DNA from: Eledone cirrhosa
Lineage: Eukaryota
Direction of reading: 5' to 3'
Assembly (NCBI GenBank): GCA_964016885.1
Contig: OZ024740.1
Span: forward strand, 268,646,001 to 268,710,000
DNA: 64,000 bases
Shown: in pieces, positions 1 to 20,701 of the stretch
How positions within the stretch are numbered: position 1 is the first letter of the stretch
Layout: each line of letters begins with the position of its first letter
Program-made: the position numbers and the translations under genes
Notes under the pieces: generated by a model
The model's database searches: none
The model's input: only the letters and a program-made list of their open reading frames with translations
Told to the model about the DNA's origin: nothing

Positions 1-2312
1 CTTTTTCTATGAAAATTAGTAGTGGGCAGACTAATTTGCATAGAGTGTGAGTACGTACCGGTTCAACGGAGACGTTAAAAACAAATAACGAAACGAAATT
101 AAATTTCGTTTCGTTTGTAACTCACTTTTGTATGACTGACGCTTAAACAATTAAGTTAAAAATGTACATCTACATATGCATACTGAAATACTAGTATGCA
201 TATGAATACACACACGTATACATATGTAGATGTACCAAGTCTTTCACTGGTTACTTTACTGTGAGTAATCCAGCTATTCTGTATGTAAACACACAGACAA
301 ACCGGTTTTTAGAGTCATACTGGTTTTCGAGGAAACACCTTTCCTCTATTCTCCAGAAAGCCAGACAAGGAATATTGAACTAGTTTCGTTGTTGTTACAA
401 CTCATCAGCAATATTTACCTATCTACCGGCCTTTCTGGAGAATCGTAAAAGCACATATCGTTATATGCTTTTTCTATGAAAATTAGTAGTGGGCAGACTA
501 ATTTGCATAGAGTGTGAGTACGTACCGGTTCAACGGAGACGTTAAAAACAAATAACGAAACGAAATTAAATTTCGTTTCGTTTGTAACTCACTTTTGTAT
601 GACTGACGCTTAAACAATTAAGTTAAAAATGTACATCTACATATGCATACTGAAATACTAGTATGCATATGAATACACACACGTATACATATGTAGATGT
701 ACCAAGTCTTTCACTGGTTACTTTACTGTGAGTAATCCAGCTATTCTGTATGTAAACACACAGACAAACCGGTTTTTAGAGTCATACTGGTTTTCGAGGA
801 AACACCTTTCCTCTATTCTCCAGAAAGCCAGACAAGGAATATTGAACTAGTTTCGTTGTTGTTACAACTCATCAGCAATATTTACCTATCTACCGGCCTT
901 TCTGGAGAATCGTAAAAGCACATATCGTTATATGCTTTTTCTATGAAAATTAGTAGTGGGCAGACTAATTTGCATAGAGTGTGAGTACGTACCGGTTCAA
1001 CGGAGACGTTAAAAACAAATAACGAAACGAAATTAAATTTCGTTTCGTTTGTAACTCACTTTTGTATGACTGACGCTTAAACAATTAAGTTAAAAATGTA
1101 CATCTACATATGCATACTGAAATACTAGTATGCATATGAATACACACACGTATACATATGTAGATGTACCAAGTCTTTCACTGGTTACTTTACTGTGAGT
1201 AATCCAGCTATTCTGTATGTAAACACACAGACAAACCGGTTTTTAGAGTCATACTGGTTTTCGAGGAAACACCTTTCCTCTATTCTCCAGAAAGCCAGAC
1301 AAGGAATATTGAACTAGTTTCGTTGTTGTTACAACTCATCAGCAATATTTACCTATCTACCGGCCTTTCTGGAGAATCGTAAAAGCACATATCGTTATAT
1401 GCTTTTTCTATGAAAATTAGTAGTGGGCAGACTAATTTGCATAGAGTGTGAGTACGTACCGGTTCAACGGAGACGTTAAAAACAAATAACGAAACGAAAT
1501 TAAATTTCGTTTCGTTTGTAACTCACTTTTGTATGACTGACGCTTAAACAATTAAGTTAAAAATGTACATCTACATATGCATACTGAAATACTAGTATGC
1601 ATATGAATACACACACGTATACATATGTAGATGTACCAAGTCTTTCACTGGTTACTTTACTGTGAGTAATCCAGCTATTCTGTATGTAAACACACAGACA
1701 AACCGGTTTTTAGAGTCATACTGGTTTTCGAGGAAACACCTTTCCTCTATTCTCCAGAAAGCCAGACAAGGAATATTGAACTAGTTTCGTTGTTGTTACA
1801 ACTCATCAGCAATATTTACCTATCTACCGGCCTTTCTGGAGAATCGTAAAAGCACATATCGTTATATGCTTTTTCTATGAAAATTAGTAGTGGGCAGACT
1901 AATTTGCATAGAGTGTGAGTACGTACCGGTTCAACGGAGACGTTAAAAACAAATAACGAAACGAAATTAAATTTCGTTTCGTTTGTAACTCACTTTTGTA
2001 TGACTGACGCTTAAACAATTAAGTTAAAAATGTACATCTACATATGCATACTGAAATACTAGTATGCATATGAATACACACACGTATACATATGTAGATG
2101 TACCAAGTCTTTCACTGGTTACTTTACTGTGAGTAATCCAGCTATTCTGTATGTAAACACACAGACAAACCGGTTTTTAGAGTCATACTGGTTTTCGAGG
2201 AAACACCTTTCCTCTATTCTCCAGAAAGCCAGACAAGGAATATTGAACTAGTTTCGTTGTTGTTACAACTCATCAGCAATATTTACCTATCTACCGGCCT
2301 TTCTGGAGAATC

Positions 2313-2313
<1 letters not shown>
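1..2313 (-). repeat. Tandem array of 467-bp unit (~5 copies, runs off window start); HHR on minus strand
   Basis: ctttttctatgaaaattag recurs at 1, 468, 935, 1402, 1869; units appear identical by eye; no ORF. Confidence 0.97.
371..415 (-). ncRNA. Type I hammerhead ribozyme; first of 5 minus-strand copies (also 838, 1305, 1772, 2239)
   Basis: Exact reverse complement of 2635-2679. Confidence 0.9.
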
Positions 2314-9130
<6,817 letters not shown>

Positions 9131-10170
9131 TTCTCTCAGTCTCACACACTCCTTTCTTTCTGTCTATGTATATAAATATATATAAACTCATATATTCCAG
9201 ATATTTCAATAGCAGAAGCGCTTTTCCTGGATAGAAGGTTCGATTTGAAACGACCAACATTTTATGCAATGTGGGATGGTGAGTACTGATTTTATAAAAA
9301 CATTGTACACATTTGAATTTTAAATTAAACGAAATAACTATCATGTGAGATGCCTGCATTGCTTCGAACCACACATCTATCGTATTTTGGGCCAATGCGT
9401 TGAACTAACTTCAATGTTTGGCAACTCAATTAATATTGTTTAAATTTCTAAATATCCTGTTTAATCTTTAAAAGAACACAGCAAATTCCTCCTTTTGGCG
9501 TAATGGTTAAACATGCTATATTTATAGTTAACAACTATTATTTTAGTTATCTCTATATAATAAAGTACCAGTAATGCACAGGGTAATTGCTGGCCTTGTA
9601 CCTAAAGTAGAAACAATTATTTTAGTTATCTCTATTGTGGTGAGTATATTCTCAAATTTCAAATTATAAATACTTCGTAAGTCAGCCAATGCTCACGCAC
9701 ACACCCGCACACATACACACAAGCAAACACGCATACACATACACACACGCACACACACACGCATGCACACACAGACACACACATACACACATATATATAT
9801 GTAGCTAGTTGTATACCTATAGATTTATTTTGGTGAGTAGTATTGTATATCAGTGTTTAATAGCTTAATATAATATCTTTAGTTACTTCATGTTATATCT
9901 TTATCACTATTACATTTTTAATTGCGTATTGAGCCTTCTATAAAATGTTAACGTTTCCCAACAGTATTTAAGTTTGTTTATATTTTCGGATTTCTGTGAT
10001 TGTATTTTGGAAATATGATGGTAAATATTAATGTTATTTACTATATATACCAATAATGAATATATATATATGTGTGAGTGTGTATCCGGGGTCCAATCAA
10101 TACATAGCAGAGTATAAATATTTAATATAGAAATGGCTTCTATAGGACTAGAACTGTTTATATATATATA

Positions 10171-10744
10171 TTTCGTTTCTGAATTTGTTTAGCAAGATTC
10201 TTTATCTGAAATCGTGTGTTGAAACCGATATTGTTATACTTTGGGAGGGTCATGTTGCCAATAAGAAACACACGCACCTGTTTCTTTCACTTCAATTTAT
10301 TATATATTTATAAATTTATAAATTTACAAATCTACAAACTTATAAATTTCTGGTTGGTTGGTTGGTTCCACAACCAGATAGTTGTTTATATATAGTCATA
10401 GTCCTTTCGTCACACACTCTGTGACCTCTTCAGTGACTGGGGATTCCTTTCTTTGTTTCTGTCCTACGCCATTTTGTTTCAGAAACAAAATGGCGTAGGA
10501 CAGAAGAAAGGAAAGGCACAGAAACAAAGAAAGGAATCCCCAGTCACTGAAGAGGTCACAGAGTGTGTGACGAAAGGACTATGACTATATATAAACAACT
10601 ATCTGGTTGTGGAACCAACCAACCAACCGGAAATTTATAAGTTTGTAGATTTGTAAATTTATAAATTTATAAATATATAATAAATTGAAGTGAAAGCAAC
10701 TGGTGCGTGTGTTTCTTATTGGCAACATGACCCTCCCAAAGTAT

Positions 10745-10750
<6 letters not shown>
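10171..10750. mobile_element. Palindromic (inverted + direct) copy of the Penelope-like 3' repeat, inserted in (TA)n
   Basis: 10171-10480 is a reverse-complement copy and 10481-10750 a direct copy of sequence within ~13280-13578; centre ...gtttcagaaac...; TA runs on both sides. Confidence 0.9.
10542..10586 (+). ncRNA. Minimal HHR-like motif in the PLE 3' repeat (mirror copy 10394-10438 on minus strand)
   Basis: agtca-CTGAAGA-g-gtcaca(gagtg)tgtgac-GAAA-ggac-TA-tgact; stem III reduced to ~1 bp. Confidence 0.65.
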
Positions 10751-11106
<356 letters not shown>

Positions 11107-11319
11107 AACTCTTGTAAATGCTGCCATTTTAATATTTTATGTGAGTGCGTGTTTAAAAAAAAAGGTTTTATGCGGTTTACGATTTGTTTGAGGCAGAATT
11201 GTGGATTTAATAGTATTCTGATATCATTTTCACAAAGAAAACAATATTTCAATATTTCCTTGCGACAAACTCACATTGTTTCACCGCCATCTAAACCATG
11301 TATATATATATAAATAACT

Positions 11320-11500
11320 GTTTCTACTTTTTGGCACAAGGCCAGCAATTACCCTGTGCATTACTGGTACTTTATTTTATCGACCCCGTAAGGATGAAAG
11401 GCAAAGTCAACCTCAGCGGCATTTGAACTCAGATCCTTAAGGGACGTAACTATGCTGGAAAGCATGGCATCCGACCCTCTTCCGATACTGCCAATCCACC
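11320..11500 (-). mobile_element. tRNA-derived SINE
   Basis: Reverse complement has A box TGGCAGTATCGG, B box GAGTTCAAATGC and core gcctttcatccttacggggtcgataaa. Confidence 0.85.
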
Positions 11501-12873
11501 AACAAAAGAAAACAGATTTTATCTCATTTAATGCTTTAAAATTGTTTCGGCATTGCTAACTATTAATACTCAATAAGGCATAATTCAAGAAGATTGAATA
11601 TAATTGAGTACAGCACATGTATAAATGGAAACAATAACTCGTCAGAAGCAAAATGAGCAACAAATAAAAACAATAACAAAAAAGTACTATAAGGAAAGAA
11701 CATATAGAAAACCCACAGAGATAGATGGAACGCGTGGACCGGAGCCATACGGACCCCCGAAAACCACGATGAACTAAAGAAAATGATTGCACATGCGGTG
11801 GGGACCAGCATAAAATTAACCCTTAAGGAACATATGTTCAAATTTAATGGAAAAACATATGCCCAAGAGGAGGGAGCAGCCATTGGTGTTAGCATTGCAG
11901 GCGACATAGCTAACTTATTCATGATATCGTGGGACAGTAGACTTAAACTTAAACTTAAAGAACAATTAGAAGACCCCTTAACCCTGATAATGTACTCCCG
12001 CTACGTTGATGATATAAACATCGTAGTTAAAACACCCTCACTAGAGAACAGTCAGGAATTAGAGAAAAACACAATGGAAAGCATCCAGCAAATAGCTAAC
12101 TCCATCCACCACAGTATTAGAGTTACTATAGACTACCCAAGCAAACCACCCCAACCATCGATTACCTGTACTAGACACAGAGCTCTGGTTAGATACCATT
12201 AATAACCATTAATAACAAAAAACAAATCCTCCATTCCCATTATGCCAAACCCATGACTTACAAATATCTGATCCACCGAAACTCAGCTGTTTCGGACAGT
12301 ACCAAAATCAACATACTGATTGCGGATTTGGTACGGGTGATGAGAAACGTGTCCCGCATGTGCAACCCCGAAGAACTAGAGAGACACATACAACATTTCA
12401 TCCACCGTATGCAGTTCTCTGGTTACAATCAGAGAGATAAAATCAGAGTGTATAGAGGAGCGAACCAAATGGGAAAAAATGGTAAATAATGACGCAAATG
12501 GGACCGGCCCCTTGTATAGGAGCAAATTTTGGAATAGAATAGAAAGAACTAGGAATAAGGCTAATAGAATAAACTCATGGTATGATAGCAATAAATACCA
12601 GAGTATAATGTTCAGCGATACAACCCCTAGAGGTGAATTAGCTTACACATTTAGAAGGGCCCTAGATAAACATAAACTCAATATTAAGATAGTAGAAAGA
12701 CCAGGTACCTCCATAAAAACACTTATTAGCAAGACATACCCTTTTCAAAGACAACCCCCTGTCTAGATAAGAAATGTATAACCTGTAAATTAAGCCCCCA
12801 TATTAACTGTAAAACTAGAAATGTAGTATATAGCATAAGATGTACTGAAGGACAATGCAGAGATAAAAATATA

Positions 12874-13143
12874 GTGTACATAGGTGAGACAGCTCGTAGT
12901 GTAGGGGAACGGATAAATGAACACTGGCGAGACCTTCAGGATAGTAAAGAATCATCTGTACTCTACCAACATGCTAAAATAGAACAAAAGGGTAAATTAG
13001 AGAACATAGAAATAAAAATAGAATCTACACACAGAAAAGACGCAATGTTTAGACAAATCACAGAGGCAATAAACATAAATGAATTACAACCAAAATTAAA
13101 TAGAAAACATGAGTGGAACAGCAACATCACAACTTACAATTAA
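12874..13143 (+). pseudogene. GIY-YIG endonuclease domain of the PLE
   Basis: YIGETARSVGERINEH...LYQH...RQITEAINI...PKLNRKHEW. Confidence 0.88.
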
Positions 13144-13343
13144 GGACAAAATGAAAACACACACACACATAGAACAAACAACCAACCAGTAACATGTAAA
13201 TAAACAAATAAATAAACGAATATAAACACACACAGACACCCCATGTGGCGCATGCGCAGACTGAGCACACAACACACACACAGAAACAAGATGGCGTAGG
13301 ACAGAACAAAGGAGAGGCACAAAAACAAAGAAAAGAATCCCCA

Positions 13344-13386
13344 GTCACTGAAGAGGTCACAGAATGTGTGACGAAACAACTTTGAC
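13344..13386 (+). ncRNA. Minimal HHR-like motif in the PLE 3' repeat
   Basis: gtca-CTGAAGA-g-gtcaca(gaatg)tgtgac-GAAA-caac-TT-tgac. Confidence 0.6.
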
Positions 13387-13576
13387 AATATATAAACAAC
13401 CATCTGGTTGTGGAACCAACCAACCAACCGGAAATTTATAAATTTATTATAATAAATTGAAGTGAAAGCAACTGGTGCGTGTGTTTCTTATTGGCAACAT
13501 GACCCTCCCAAAGTATAACAATATCGGTTTCAACACACGTTTTCAGATAAAGAATCTTGCTAAACAAATTCAGAAA

Positions 13577-13578
<2 letters not shown>

Positions 13579-13654
<76 letters not shown>

Positions 13655-13755
13655 GTGTGTATATACACATATATATATATATATGTATATATATTATATA
13701 TATATATGTATATATATATTATATATATATATGTATATATGTGTATATATATATT

Positions 13756-13792
<37 letters not shown>

Positions 13793-13799
13793 GTATATA

Positions 13800-13884
<85 letters not shown>

Positions 13885-14023
13885 ACATATATATATATGT
13901 GTATATATATGTGTATATATATATATATATGTGTATGTATATATATATATAACTTTGATAGGTTTCGGCCAGTATTGGCTCAACCATGTCTAACTTAATA
14001 GCTCGCTCTATATATACATGATG

Positions 14024-14098
<75 letters not shown>

Positions 14099-14100
14099 CA
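13579..14100. repeat. (TA)n/(TG) compound microsatellite
   Basis: Direct reading. Confidence 0.9.
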
Positions 14101-17100
14101 CCTATACGTAAGCACGCATATGTGTATTTGTGTGAATATACATGGATTTCTCTGCATGTGTCCCATATTTATGTCTAAGATTTTCTAATTTGTCAAGAAA
14201 TGCTTACTAGTACATGATGTTTGTGTGTGTGCCTGTGTGTGTTTGTTTGTGTGTGTGTGTGTATATGTATGTGTATGTGTGCGTATGTGTGTGTGTGTGT
14301 GTGCATTGTATGTTTGCATCACCATTACATTCCGCTTACTCACTTATGTATTCTGTAAGAATGTAAAGTAATATTAGCTACCTGGCCATTGAAGTGCTCT
14401 GTTTTAATATTTATTGATTACTCTACTAAAGAGTAATATAATTTAGACGGAAAAGATCAAAGAATACAAAAGCCTTGCTTTTAAGATGAATACCGTTTTC
14501 AGAACACTTTCTTTGTAGAATTTCAAGACAGTTTACTCATTCATCTTCACATAAAACAGTCAGTATTTTCTCGCAGCAATAATTATAGTCGTAAACAATA
14601 AAAACGTCAATTCTATCTCTTCTTGTGCTGAAAGCTACCTTTGAACAATGTAATACTTTTCGTCGATTGAAATTATCTTCGATTTTATGTATTCTCTGTT
14701 TCTCTTGATGTTCGAAAGCTTCTGTATAAGACACTCAGTTTCTTAACTAAAATACGACACAGATTAGTCGATTAAACTCCAGAAACACTAGATTTTTATA
14801 TAATTTCATTTCACTTACCCATACGAAAATAACATTTTAAAAGTAATTTTGCAAATTGAATTAAACACTTCAGATGTTTTTTTTTATTTCGTGAAATAAA
14901 AAAAGCTCTAAGATGTAAAACTGATACAAAGCTACTTAACCTGTTCTGAAACAGTTAATTTTTTCTATATCTCGCTGAATATATCAGTATTCTGGCTGCT
15001 GGTTTCTTGAGTTTGCATCGTGTCTATGGACTAGGTATTCAAGTTACCTGGACTAAGGAAAAGTAATAAGTTATTGAAGTATTAAGGCAGCAATTAATAG
15101 AATACTTTATCCTCATTTCCGAAGGAATTCAACATGGTTGCTAAAACTGTTACATAGCACTTATAAGGCAAAAAAAAAGAAAAGAAGGATTTTGTTTCCA
15201 CTCACAAATTCATATTTTAAAGATCGATAATACAGATTAGTACTAATACGTGTCTAATCTACGTCAGAGGGATGAAAGTAATATTCAAGCTAAGCAAATT
15301 ACAAAGCTAGAAACCATAATGTATTTAATTTGTCTTTTATTTATCCCCATTCACCATCATATTATTTGAAAAGTTATGATTGGCATAAGGAAACAAATAT
15401 ATATAATAAATTGAATGGACTCAGTAAAAGGCTGGTATAAATTTTAATTAGCCCCTCCCCCCTTCCCCATCATTAGTGAAAGTCGAAAGCAATGAGGTTA
15501 GAGCTAGAAAACACCGACGTCCGAACCTAAAAATATCAAGACATTTAGTCGACTACATAGTTAAAATCAACTGTAAATCACATAAGCTATGAGGTACCTT
15601 TGAAAATGTCACGTTCTGTAGCTGTGTGTACCTTAATTATATCAGGCAGATATTTCTAGTCTATGACGTATCATAGAGCTAATCCGTTTCAGCCATGACC
15701 ACCCTGTTTTTTTATTCTCGAAATAGTGTATCTAAAATCACGTTGCGTAATATGTGCATCTTGTTTTGATGATGGTAGAACATCACTCGAGAGATAATTG
15801 ACTGTTAATTCTAATCGGTTGAGGGATCGCATAGAAGCTTCTTTATTAGCACACCTTTTTTCTAATTAAATCACAGTGTTTCAAATTAGACTCTATATTC
15901 ATGTCAACTTCCACTTCTCAAGTTAAATTTCCGAACATATTTGGGTAGACCTTAAGAATCATTAAGTTGAACGTGAACATTTTTTTTCTAGGAAATAGAC
16001 GAAATTATTTGAAAATAAATAGAGGTTTAAAACTTTTATTATTCAACACTTCCGTTCTATGATTTGAATAGAAAGTAGAAATTTTTTTTTTTACTGTACA
16101 GGATATTTCTCGCAGATACGGTTTACAACAACATCTAATTCCAATAATGTACAGGCATTCATCTGTGAAAAAACACTCCATTGCATCTGAATGGCGTCTT
16201 CAACGTTTATTATCAATATAAAGGTCGAAGGAGAACAAAGATGAACTAATGAAACAACGAATAGAAATATACAATAATGAAAAACCTCTTTCATTTTCTT
16301 AATGTCATTTCTTAAAAACTACCATAATTTAATCGTAAATGACACTATGTTACACTAGTTTACACCCCAGGACTGTGCTAAATGATGATAATTTTAGATA
16401 GGTGAAATATACTGCCGCGTCAAAAATAATATATTGTAAGTGTGATTTTCGGTTGTTCAAAGGTAACAGAAGATACTAGGCGCCAATATAGCAACTATAT
16501 TAGCTAATAGAGCCATATATTAGAAACATAATATATGAACACCACCCGAACTAGGCACAGAGTCTGTCATCCTCGCCCCTTCCTTCGCTCTCTCCTGATG
16601 CCGAATAGTCCTTGTTCTTTCCCTCCTTTTCTTCATATGGCATTTCCTCTACTTTCCAATACAGCCAAATCCAGCTTTGTTCAGCCCCCACCTGTTTTTT
16701 TTCTTCATTATTTCAGTTTGTTATTATCTTTATATCCTTATTTTTAATATTTCCATCGTTGTATAACTTCTTTTCATAAAATGTAGTAAACATTAAATAA
16801 AAAGTATTAAACATGAACTATATGAAAAAATGTTTTGAAAATAGAAAATCAGAGCGAAGAAGAGAGAGATCTAACATAACTGGTAGTGAAAGCTATATTA
16901 TCAAAGCTGACAAAATTATATCTACGTTTTACTAGTGAATCATTAGATAACAATTCATATTTGAAATAGTGTAGATATTGATTTTTGAAAAGTGATTTGG
17001 AGGTCGCCAAAACAATTAGATTTCAAAGACGGAATATATAAGACAAACTTTTAAAAAAATGCTGAGGAAATAATCGACCTTATTAAGCTAGCAAATTATA

Positions 17101-17376
17101 CAGTGTATGGGGAATTATTTCAGTGTGTTGTTACTTAAGCTGACCCTGCAGCAGTGTTTTCCTCCAGACATTACGCTTTTCTTAAGTAGTAAAACATTTT
17201 TGGATCTGCTTTACTGTATTTCTTTTTTGTTACGGAACAGAGAATTTATCAAGTTGCTAGAGTCAAGAAATAATAGGAGTATTTCTTAATTAAGACACAC
17301 ACACATACGTGTATACACACATACGTGTATACACACATACACTCACGCGCGCGCACACACACACACACACACATAC

Positions 17377-17429
<53 letters not shown>

Positions 17430-17432
<3 letters not shown>

Positions 17433-17608
17433 CAAAGAAAGTGTGGTAAGATACCAGGTGGACCATAACGCACCAGAGTACTCGATACTTAGGGTAGTAG
17501 AGCGGGTAACAGGAAACGAGTCAGGACCCCGACGGATGAGCTCCGGCCGTTTCGACAGCTCTAGCTATCGAAACAACCGGAGCTCAGTTGTCGGGGTCCT
17601 GACTCTTT

Positions 17609-17611
<3 letters not shown>
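17430..17611. mobile_element. 5'-inverted non-coding stub carrying the 3' half of an HHR, in (TA)n
   Basis: Palindrome centred ~17561; each arm reads GAAA-stem III-GTC-ggggtcc; homologues at 62760-62800 and 62856-62890. Confidence 0.65.
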
Positions 17612-17656
<45 letters not shown>

Positions 17657-17739
17657 GATAATAAGCGGAACAAGTAAAATTCAAACAATCTTTCAAAATA
17701 AATTCAAAAAATATAATTTAAATATTTACCTATCCATAT

Positions 17740-17820
17740 TGCTTTTACCGACGGTTTCGTCTCACAAAAGATTGGAAATCCGAGGGACTTCCAATGGAAA
17801 GTTCGGCTCTTCAGAAAACA
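17740..17820 (-). ncRNA. Type I HHR with extended stem II
   Basis: tgtttt-CTGAAGA-gcc...gac-GAAA-ccgtcgg-TA-aaagca. Confidence 0.75.
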
Positions 17821-18181
17821 TTTTCCTTTACATAAGACATAAAGTACTTCGGCCAGATAGTGCAGGATCGAATGGAGCCGTAAACGTGACCTACACGTGA
17901 AATGGTCGTTAGTAGAAGCAGGAGTAGCATAGACGTGTTGTCTGCCACACCACTAAAAATAGAAGCTAGGTAAACAACGGATTTTTTCTCTACAGAAGGG
18001 AGAATTTACATAAAATGAGATCAATATCCCCACAGGTACTAAGTACCCTCGGAAATATATAGGGTGGTATTAATTTGACATACCATAACTATAAAATTGA
18101 GATAAGCGGAACAAGTAAAATTCAAACAATCTTTCAAAATAAATTAAAAAAAATATAATTTAAATATTTACCCATCCATAT

Positions 18182-18262
18182 TGCTTTTACCGACGGTTTC
18201 GCCTCACAAAAGATTGAAAATCCAAGAGACTTCCAATGGAAAGTTCGGCTCTTCAGAAAACA
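18182..18262 (-). ncRNA. Type I HHR with extended stem II
   Basis: tgtttt-CTGAAGA-gcc...ggc-GAAA-ccgtcgg-TA-aaagca; GUA triplet. Confidence 0.82.
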
Positions 18263-18284
18263 TTTTCCCTTACATTATATATTA

Positions 18285-18352
18285 CGGGGTCGATAAAATA
18301 AAGTACCAGTAATGAAGTGGGTAATTGCTGGCCTTGTGCCTAAAGTAGAAAC

Positions 18353-18383
<31 letters not shown>

Positions 18384-18798
18384 ATGTAAGGGCGGTGGAT
18401 TGGCAGTATCGGTAGAGGGTCGGACGCCATGCTTTCCAGCATAGTTACGTCCCTATACGATCTGAGTTCAAATCCCGCCGAGGTTGACTTTGCCTTTCAT
18501 CCTTACGGGGTCGATAGAATAAAGTACCAGTAATGCACTGGGTAATTTGCTGGCCTTGTGCCTAAAGTAGAAACAATTATATATATATATATATGGTTAA
18601 CTTTGCCTTTCATCCTTACGGGGTCGATAAAATAAAGTACCAGTAATGCACTGGGTAATTTCTGGCCTTGTACCTAAAGTAGAAACAATTATATATATAT
18701 ATGGTTAACTTTGCCTTTCATCCTTACGGGGTCGATAAAATAAAGTACCAGTAATGCACTGGGTAATTGCTGGCCTTGTGCCTAAAGTAGAAACAATT
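18285..18798 (+). mobile_element. SINE cluster: one full copy (18390-18577) plus three 3'-half copies separated by TA runs
   Basis: A box TGGCAGTATCGG, B box GAGTTCAAATCC; repeated ...ggggtcgataaaataaagtaccag...tagaaacaatt. Confidence 0.88.
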
Positions 18799-19039
18799 AT
18801 ATATATATATATATTATATACATATACAGAAAGAGAGTGAGAGAGAGCCTGCGTGATACTGAGACCAGGGAGACCACTAATCATCGGTGTACTCAATACA
18901 TGGGAAGATGCAGAGTGGATATAGAGATAGGTAGAATTCCGCGCGGCGCCAAGCGGTTTCAGCTTGTGTGTTCAGCAAGCCTTTTGAAAATGCTTGCTGA
19001 ACAGAACACACAACTCGAAACCGTTTGGCGCTACAGTCG

Positions 19040-19254
<215 letters not shown>

Positions 19255-20417
19255 ATATATATATCACATGTGTGCACGTACACATATTTAATTACATATA
19301 ATGCACATATAATGCATTACTTCTAGACTTTCTCTTAAATAAACTTGGTACTATAACCTTTGTAGAAGAAAAGCAATGAATCCAAAAACTAAGGAATCGC
19401 ACAGGTTGCAGTATCGACTAAACTGAAACTCATTCAGCTTTGATGTAGTTATAATTTCTTTATGTTTTCATCACCCTTCTCCTCTTTCTCAGTCGGAATG
19501 AATAAACACCTGTTAATATTTAGTTTAAATCCTTTCGCTGTGTAGATTGTGTTAGTTAACGATGTATTGACAATTCTCTAGGAAAGTTATTATTAATACA
19601 ACTAGAGAAATCTCGTAGGCAGAGAAGATGTAAACAAACTGAACAACTATCTTTACGTTGATATAACAAAGCAACACCAGTTTTTATCCTTGATTAGATG
19701 GTTTCTATTAACGTCATCCTTCCGTTTTTTATTGGCAATTAGTGAAGGAATATAATTGCATAACGCACCATCCCAAAATTATGTTTTCAGCAAAGCAGCA
19801 ATTAATTGTTTCTGTAGAATAAATTAGTTCTTATGCTCTATATATGATGAGCTATCTAATCCACTATAGAAATATTTTTATTGAATTAAATTTGTGAACA
19901 CACATATACATTAATATACACACGTACACATGCGCGGAAATAGGGAGCTGGCGTAGATTTCAGTTTCTCTATCAACAGAATTACCTACTCATTGTATTAT
20001 TGTGAGCAATTTACAGAGAGCAATTTACAGGCCCTTATGCATTTAAGGTAAATTCCACGAGGCAGGCAACTAGTATGCCTATACGTGATCCCTCGATTTA
20101 CTGGAAATAGGCAAAACATTTCCCCTCAAATCCCACTCTAAAATCTCAATCAAAGAAATTGTAGATTAGGGAACGTAGTCTTACATACACCTAAAGAAAG
20201 TGACTGGTCATGTCCGAGATGCTTTTAATATTTAAGATTACTCGATTAGAGCTAATCTTTACAGTTGATTCAACGTGACAGAGCACGAGAAATTAACAGT
20301 AATAATATAAAATATACATACGCAGTACCCCCCCCCCCCCCACACACATGCATACATACATATATATACATGTATATATTGTACATAAAAAAAAATATTT
20401 ATATATATATTATACAC

Positions 20418-20478
<61 letters not shown>

Positions 20479-20608
20479 GTGTGTATAATGGTAGCTATGG
20501 TGCTTCCATAGGCGGTATGCCAAAATTAGCACTCAATATTCTTACAGAGCAGGGTGTGAATAGTATAAAAAAAGGAAAAATCAGTGATGCATCTGGACTC
20601 AGTTTATT

Positions 20609-20701
20609 GCGTGTTACAATTGTTTCGCCGGCAGGTAGCTCGAGACATGATCACTGTATGGATCTGGCTGATTCTACGGCTGCAGGTTCCTTCAGACACA
20701 T
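20609..20701 (-). ncRNA. HHR-like motif (CUGAAGG variant, long stem II); degenerate homologue near 25540-25655
   Basis: tgtgt-CTGAAGG...gccg...cggc-GAAA-caattg-TA-acacg. Confidence 0.55.

Larger units (their letters stand above)
11560..13578 (+). mobile_element. Penelope-like retroelement (Naiad/Neptune-like), 5'-truncated, frameshifted RT + GIY-YIG; 5' boundary approximate
   Basis: QEEGAAIG, AGDIANLFM, YSRYVDDI; Cys linker CLDKKCITC...C; VVYSIRC...C...YIGETARS; 3' repeat with HHR-like motif; ends at (TA)n. Confidence 0.9.
17655..18275 (-). mobile_element. Retrozyme-like 1.4-mer: 442-bp unit with an HHR in each direct repeat
   Basis: 17660-17833 repeated at 18102-18275; no coding capacity; flanked by TA. 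Confidence 0.8.

Noticed and set aside
34-41. Octamer ATTTGCAT in each unit
   Set aside because: An 8-mer in AT-rich DNA with no accompanying snRNA promoter elements; likely chance.
131-165. Possible second, opposite-polarity hammerhead in the unit (tatga-CTGACGC-ttaa...ttaag)
   Set aside because: Core is CUGACGC and no GAAA, stem III or stem I partner follows, so an ambisense viroid-like claim is unsupported.
12760-12900. Selenocysteine recoding as reported for some Naiad PLEs
   Set aside because: Linker cysteines are TGT/TGC; no in-frame TGA at those positions in either PLE.
13951-14000. HHR-like fragment on minus strand (gcca-atac-tggc-c-GAAA-ccta-TC)
   Set aside because: CUGANGA core and stem I are missing; too degenerate to call.
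18390-18480. tRNA gene
   Set aside because: A/B boxes belong to a SINE head repeated many times; no cloverleaf.
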